DNA of 62,243 bases, filler included, from Stramenopiles sp. TOSAG23-6 (taxonomy: Eukaryota), in NCBI GenBank assembly GCA_900128565.1. It is 19 parts of 19 records of this genome, joined end to end, with 100 filler letters (N's around TTAATTAATTAA, not from the genome) between each part and the next. Parts side by side here need not be neighbours in the genome. Positions count along the whole stretch, not along the records: positions 59,087 to 62,243 come from LT637635.1; 18 more parts are not named here. One strand, 5' to 3'. Every line of letters starts with the position of its first letter. The first letter of the stretch is position 1. The position numbers and the translations under genes are program-made. Below the pieces are notes generated by a model. The model was not told where the DNA came from, made no database searches, and saw nothing but the letters and a program-made list of their open reading frames with translations. Below, piece by piece: positions 60,504 through 62,243 of this stretch.

Positions 60504-62243
60504 ATGAAAAGTTTATACACAAATAATATGTTCTTTCCTGTGTTGTTCATCAGTGTATTACTTACAAGTCATTTAAGGCATATCTATTGTGCACAAAATG
60601 TGTCGTACAAACATCAAGCTAGAGAAATGCACTCTTCAGTGGCTACACGTTTGACAACTTCCCCTTGGGCTCAAAATGGACGTTCTCCGCAAAANACGTC
60701 ATCTGGTTTGATTCCTGTCGCACATAACTCGTTTATTATTCATCAATACGTAGACCCAACCAAAGAAGTGACTACTGCTATTATTGGTACCGGAGATCTC
60801 ATTTACTTTACTGAATCTGTACATGGAATTGTGTATTGTATTCGTGCAAGTGATCGAAACATTGAATGGACTACTCATCTTGANCACTCTGTGTATTCAA
60901 CACCCGCACTAAGCACTGATGGTACATTGTACATTGCGTCAANCAATGGNATNTATGCCTTGGATAGTCTTAATGGAGAGGTACAATGGAGATACACTGG
61001 ATGTCCAAATGCAGGATTGTCTAGTCCAACAATTGGAAATGATGGTACAATATTTTGTGGATGTCNAGATGGAACNTTTCACGCAATTTCCNCAGCAGGN
61101 GAGACATTATGGACATATTCAACGAAAGCCAGTATTGACTCTTCACCAGCTCTGTCACTNAATGGTCAATTCGTATATTTTGGTAGTAATGATATGAATT
61201 TTTATTGTATTAATATATTCAATGGGGAAGAAATATGGATATTTCGTGGAAATGCTCAAATTGCCTCTTCGCCATCTCTATCTCTTGATGGTGAAACTAT
61301 TTTTTTTGGTACCGATGATAAGAAAATGTATGCTCTTAGTGCAAAGAATGGAAAAATACAATGGATCTTTCAAACAAATGGCGCAATGTCGACCTCATTT
61401 GCATTAAGTCCTAAAGGNGATGTAATATATAGTGGATGTACGTTATCGTTATAGATATCAATTTAAAAAAAAAAAATTGAAATTTTTTTTTCAATTTTTT
61501 TTTTTTCATTTTTTTTTCAATTTTTTTTCCGATTTTTTTTCTAACAATTTTTTTTTTTAAATATTTTTTTACACAATATGTTCTCATGGATTTTTATATG
61601 CAATTTTTGTATCAACTGGAAAAGCAAAATGGATTCACAAGGCTGGTGTGCCTCTATACGCACCAACAACTGCATTTCNTTCTGACGTTTCTAACCCTAA
61701 CCCTAACCCTACTAAAAAATTTCAAAAAACTAAAAAAATTCAAAAAATTCAAAATCAATATGTTATTTTTTATGGTTCAGATTCATTGTTTACTGCAATT
61801 TCATCAATTGATGGAAGTGTATTATATTCAATACAACAAGGTAATGCATCACATGTCGGTACATCAATTGATGCAAATGGTCAAATTCATTATGTATGTT
61901 TTACTTTTTTTTTCAATTTGTGTTTTTTTAGTCTAAAGTTTTTTTTCGTACGAAATTTTGTACCTAACAATTTTTAATTTTTTTTTTTGAAATATTTTTC
62001 CAAAATAAATGGAGCTATGTCGATTGGGCTTACCGCTGGCCACGTGGCATCTGCAATACATCAATCAAAATTATTTCAATTTTCAAATCAAGATCAAAAA
62101 GCAAATATATTACTTTCAAATATATGTGATTTGAAAACAATTTCTGGAGAATCAAAAATAATAAAAACTTCTTCTGTTGATGAAAATAAAATTTCAGATA
62201 GAGAAACAACAGAAGCAGCAGCAGAAACAGAAAGACAACAAAG
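60504..62243 (+). CDS. Secreted PQQ/BamB-like beta-propeller repeat protein, 3' truncated
   Basis: Signal peptide and repeats SSPALSxDGxxxYFGSxDxxxYAL..GxxxW. Family introns near 61440 and 61895. Confidence 0.85.

Overview
This window is not one locus. It is 19 unrelated eukaryotic contigs of about 3.2 kb each, joined by artificial N-run/TTAATTAATTAA/N-run linkers. The source is an AT-rich, standard-code protist genome, probably a flagellated heterotroph such as a stramenopile single-cell or metagenome assembly (inference). Recognisable genes include EFTUD2/Snu114, Rab21, importin-9, a kinesin-4-type motor, a SNF2 ATPase, a uronate-isomerase-like amidohydrolase, GGCT, GST, SLC12, a longin R-SNARE, a SPATA4-like CH protein, an Ataxin-2-like LsmAD protein and a Treslin/Sld3-like protein. 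Main signal: nearly all introns belong to one stereotyped family (about 80-320 nt) that breaks the GT-AG rule. They start NNAYGTTTT (GT, GC, GA, GG or AT), carry an internal TTTTCGTACGAAATTTTGTACCTAAC motif, and end TTTTCA(C/A)AATAYAT, mostly AT and only occasionally AG. Conserved protein motifs (kinesin switch I, QHSD, SNARE zero layer) are restored only by these junctions. Applying that splice rule joins a LOV domain exon in frame to a GTP cyclohydrolase II (RibA) exon, giving a candidate light- or flavin-regulated riboflavin biosynthesis enzyme. Short TTAGGG telomere-type tracts recur inside coding exons as NPNP peptides. Two duplicated contigs and one perfect 3.2 kb palindrome are probably assembly or amplification artefacts.
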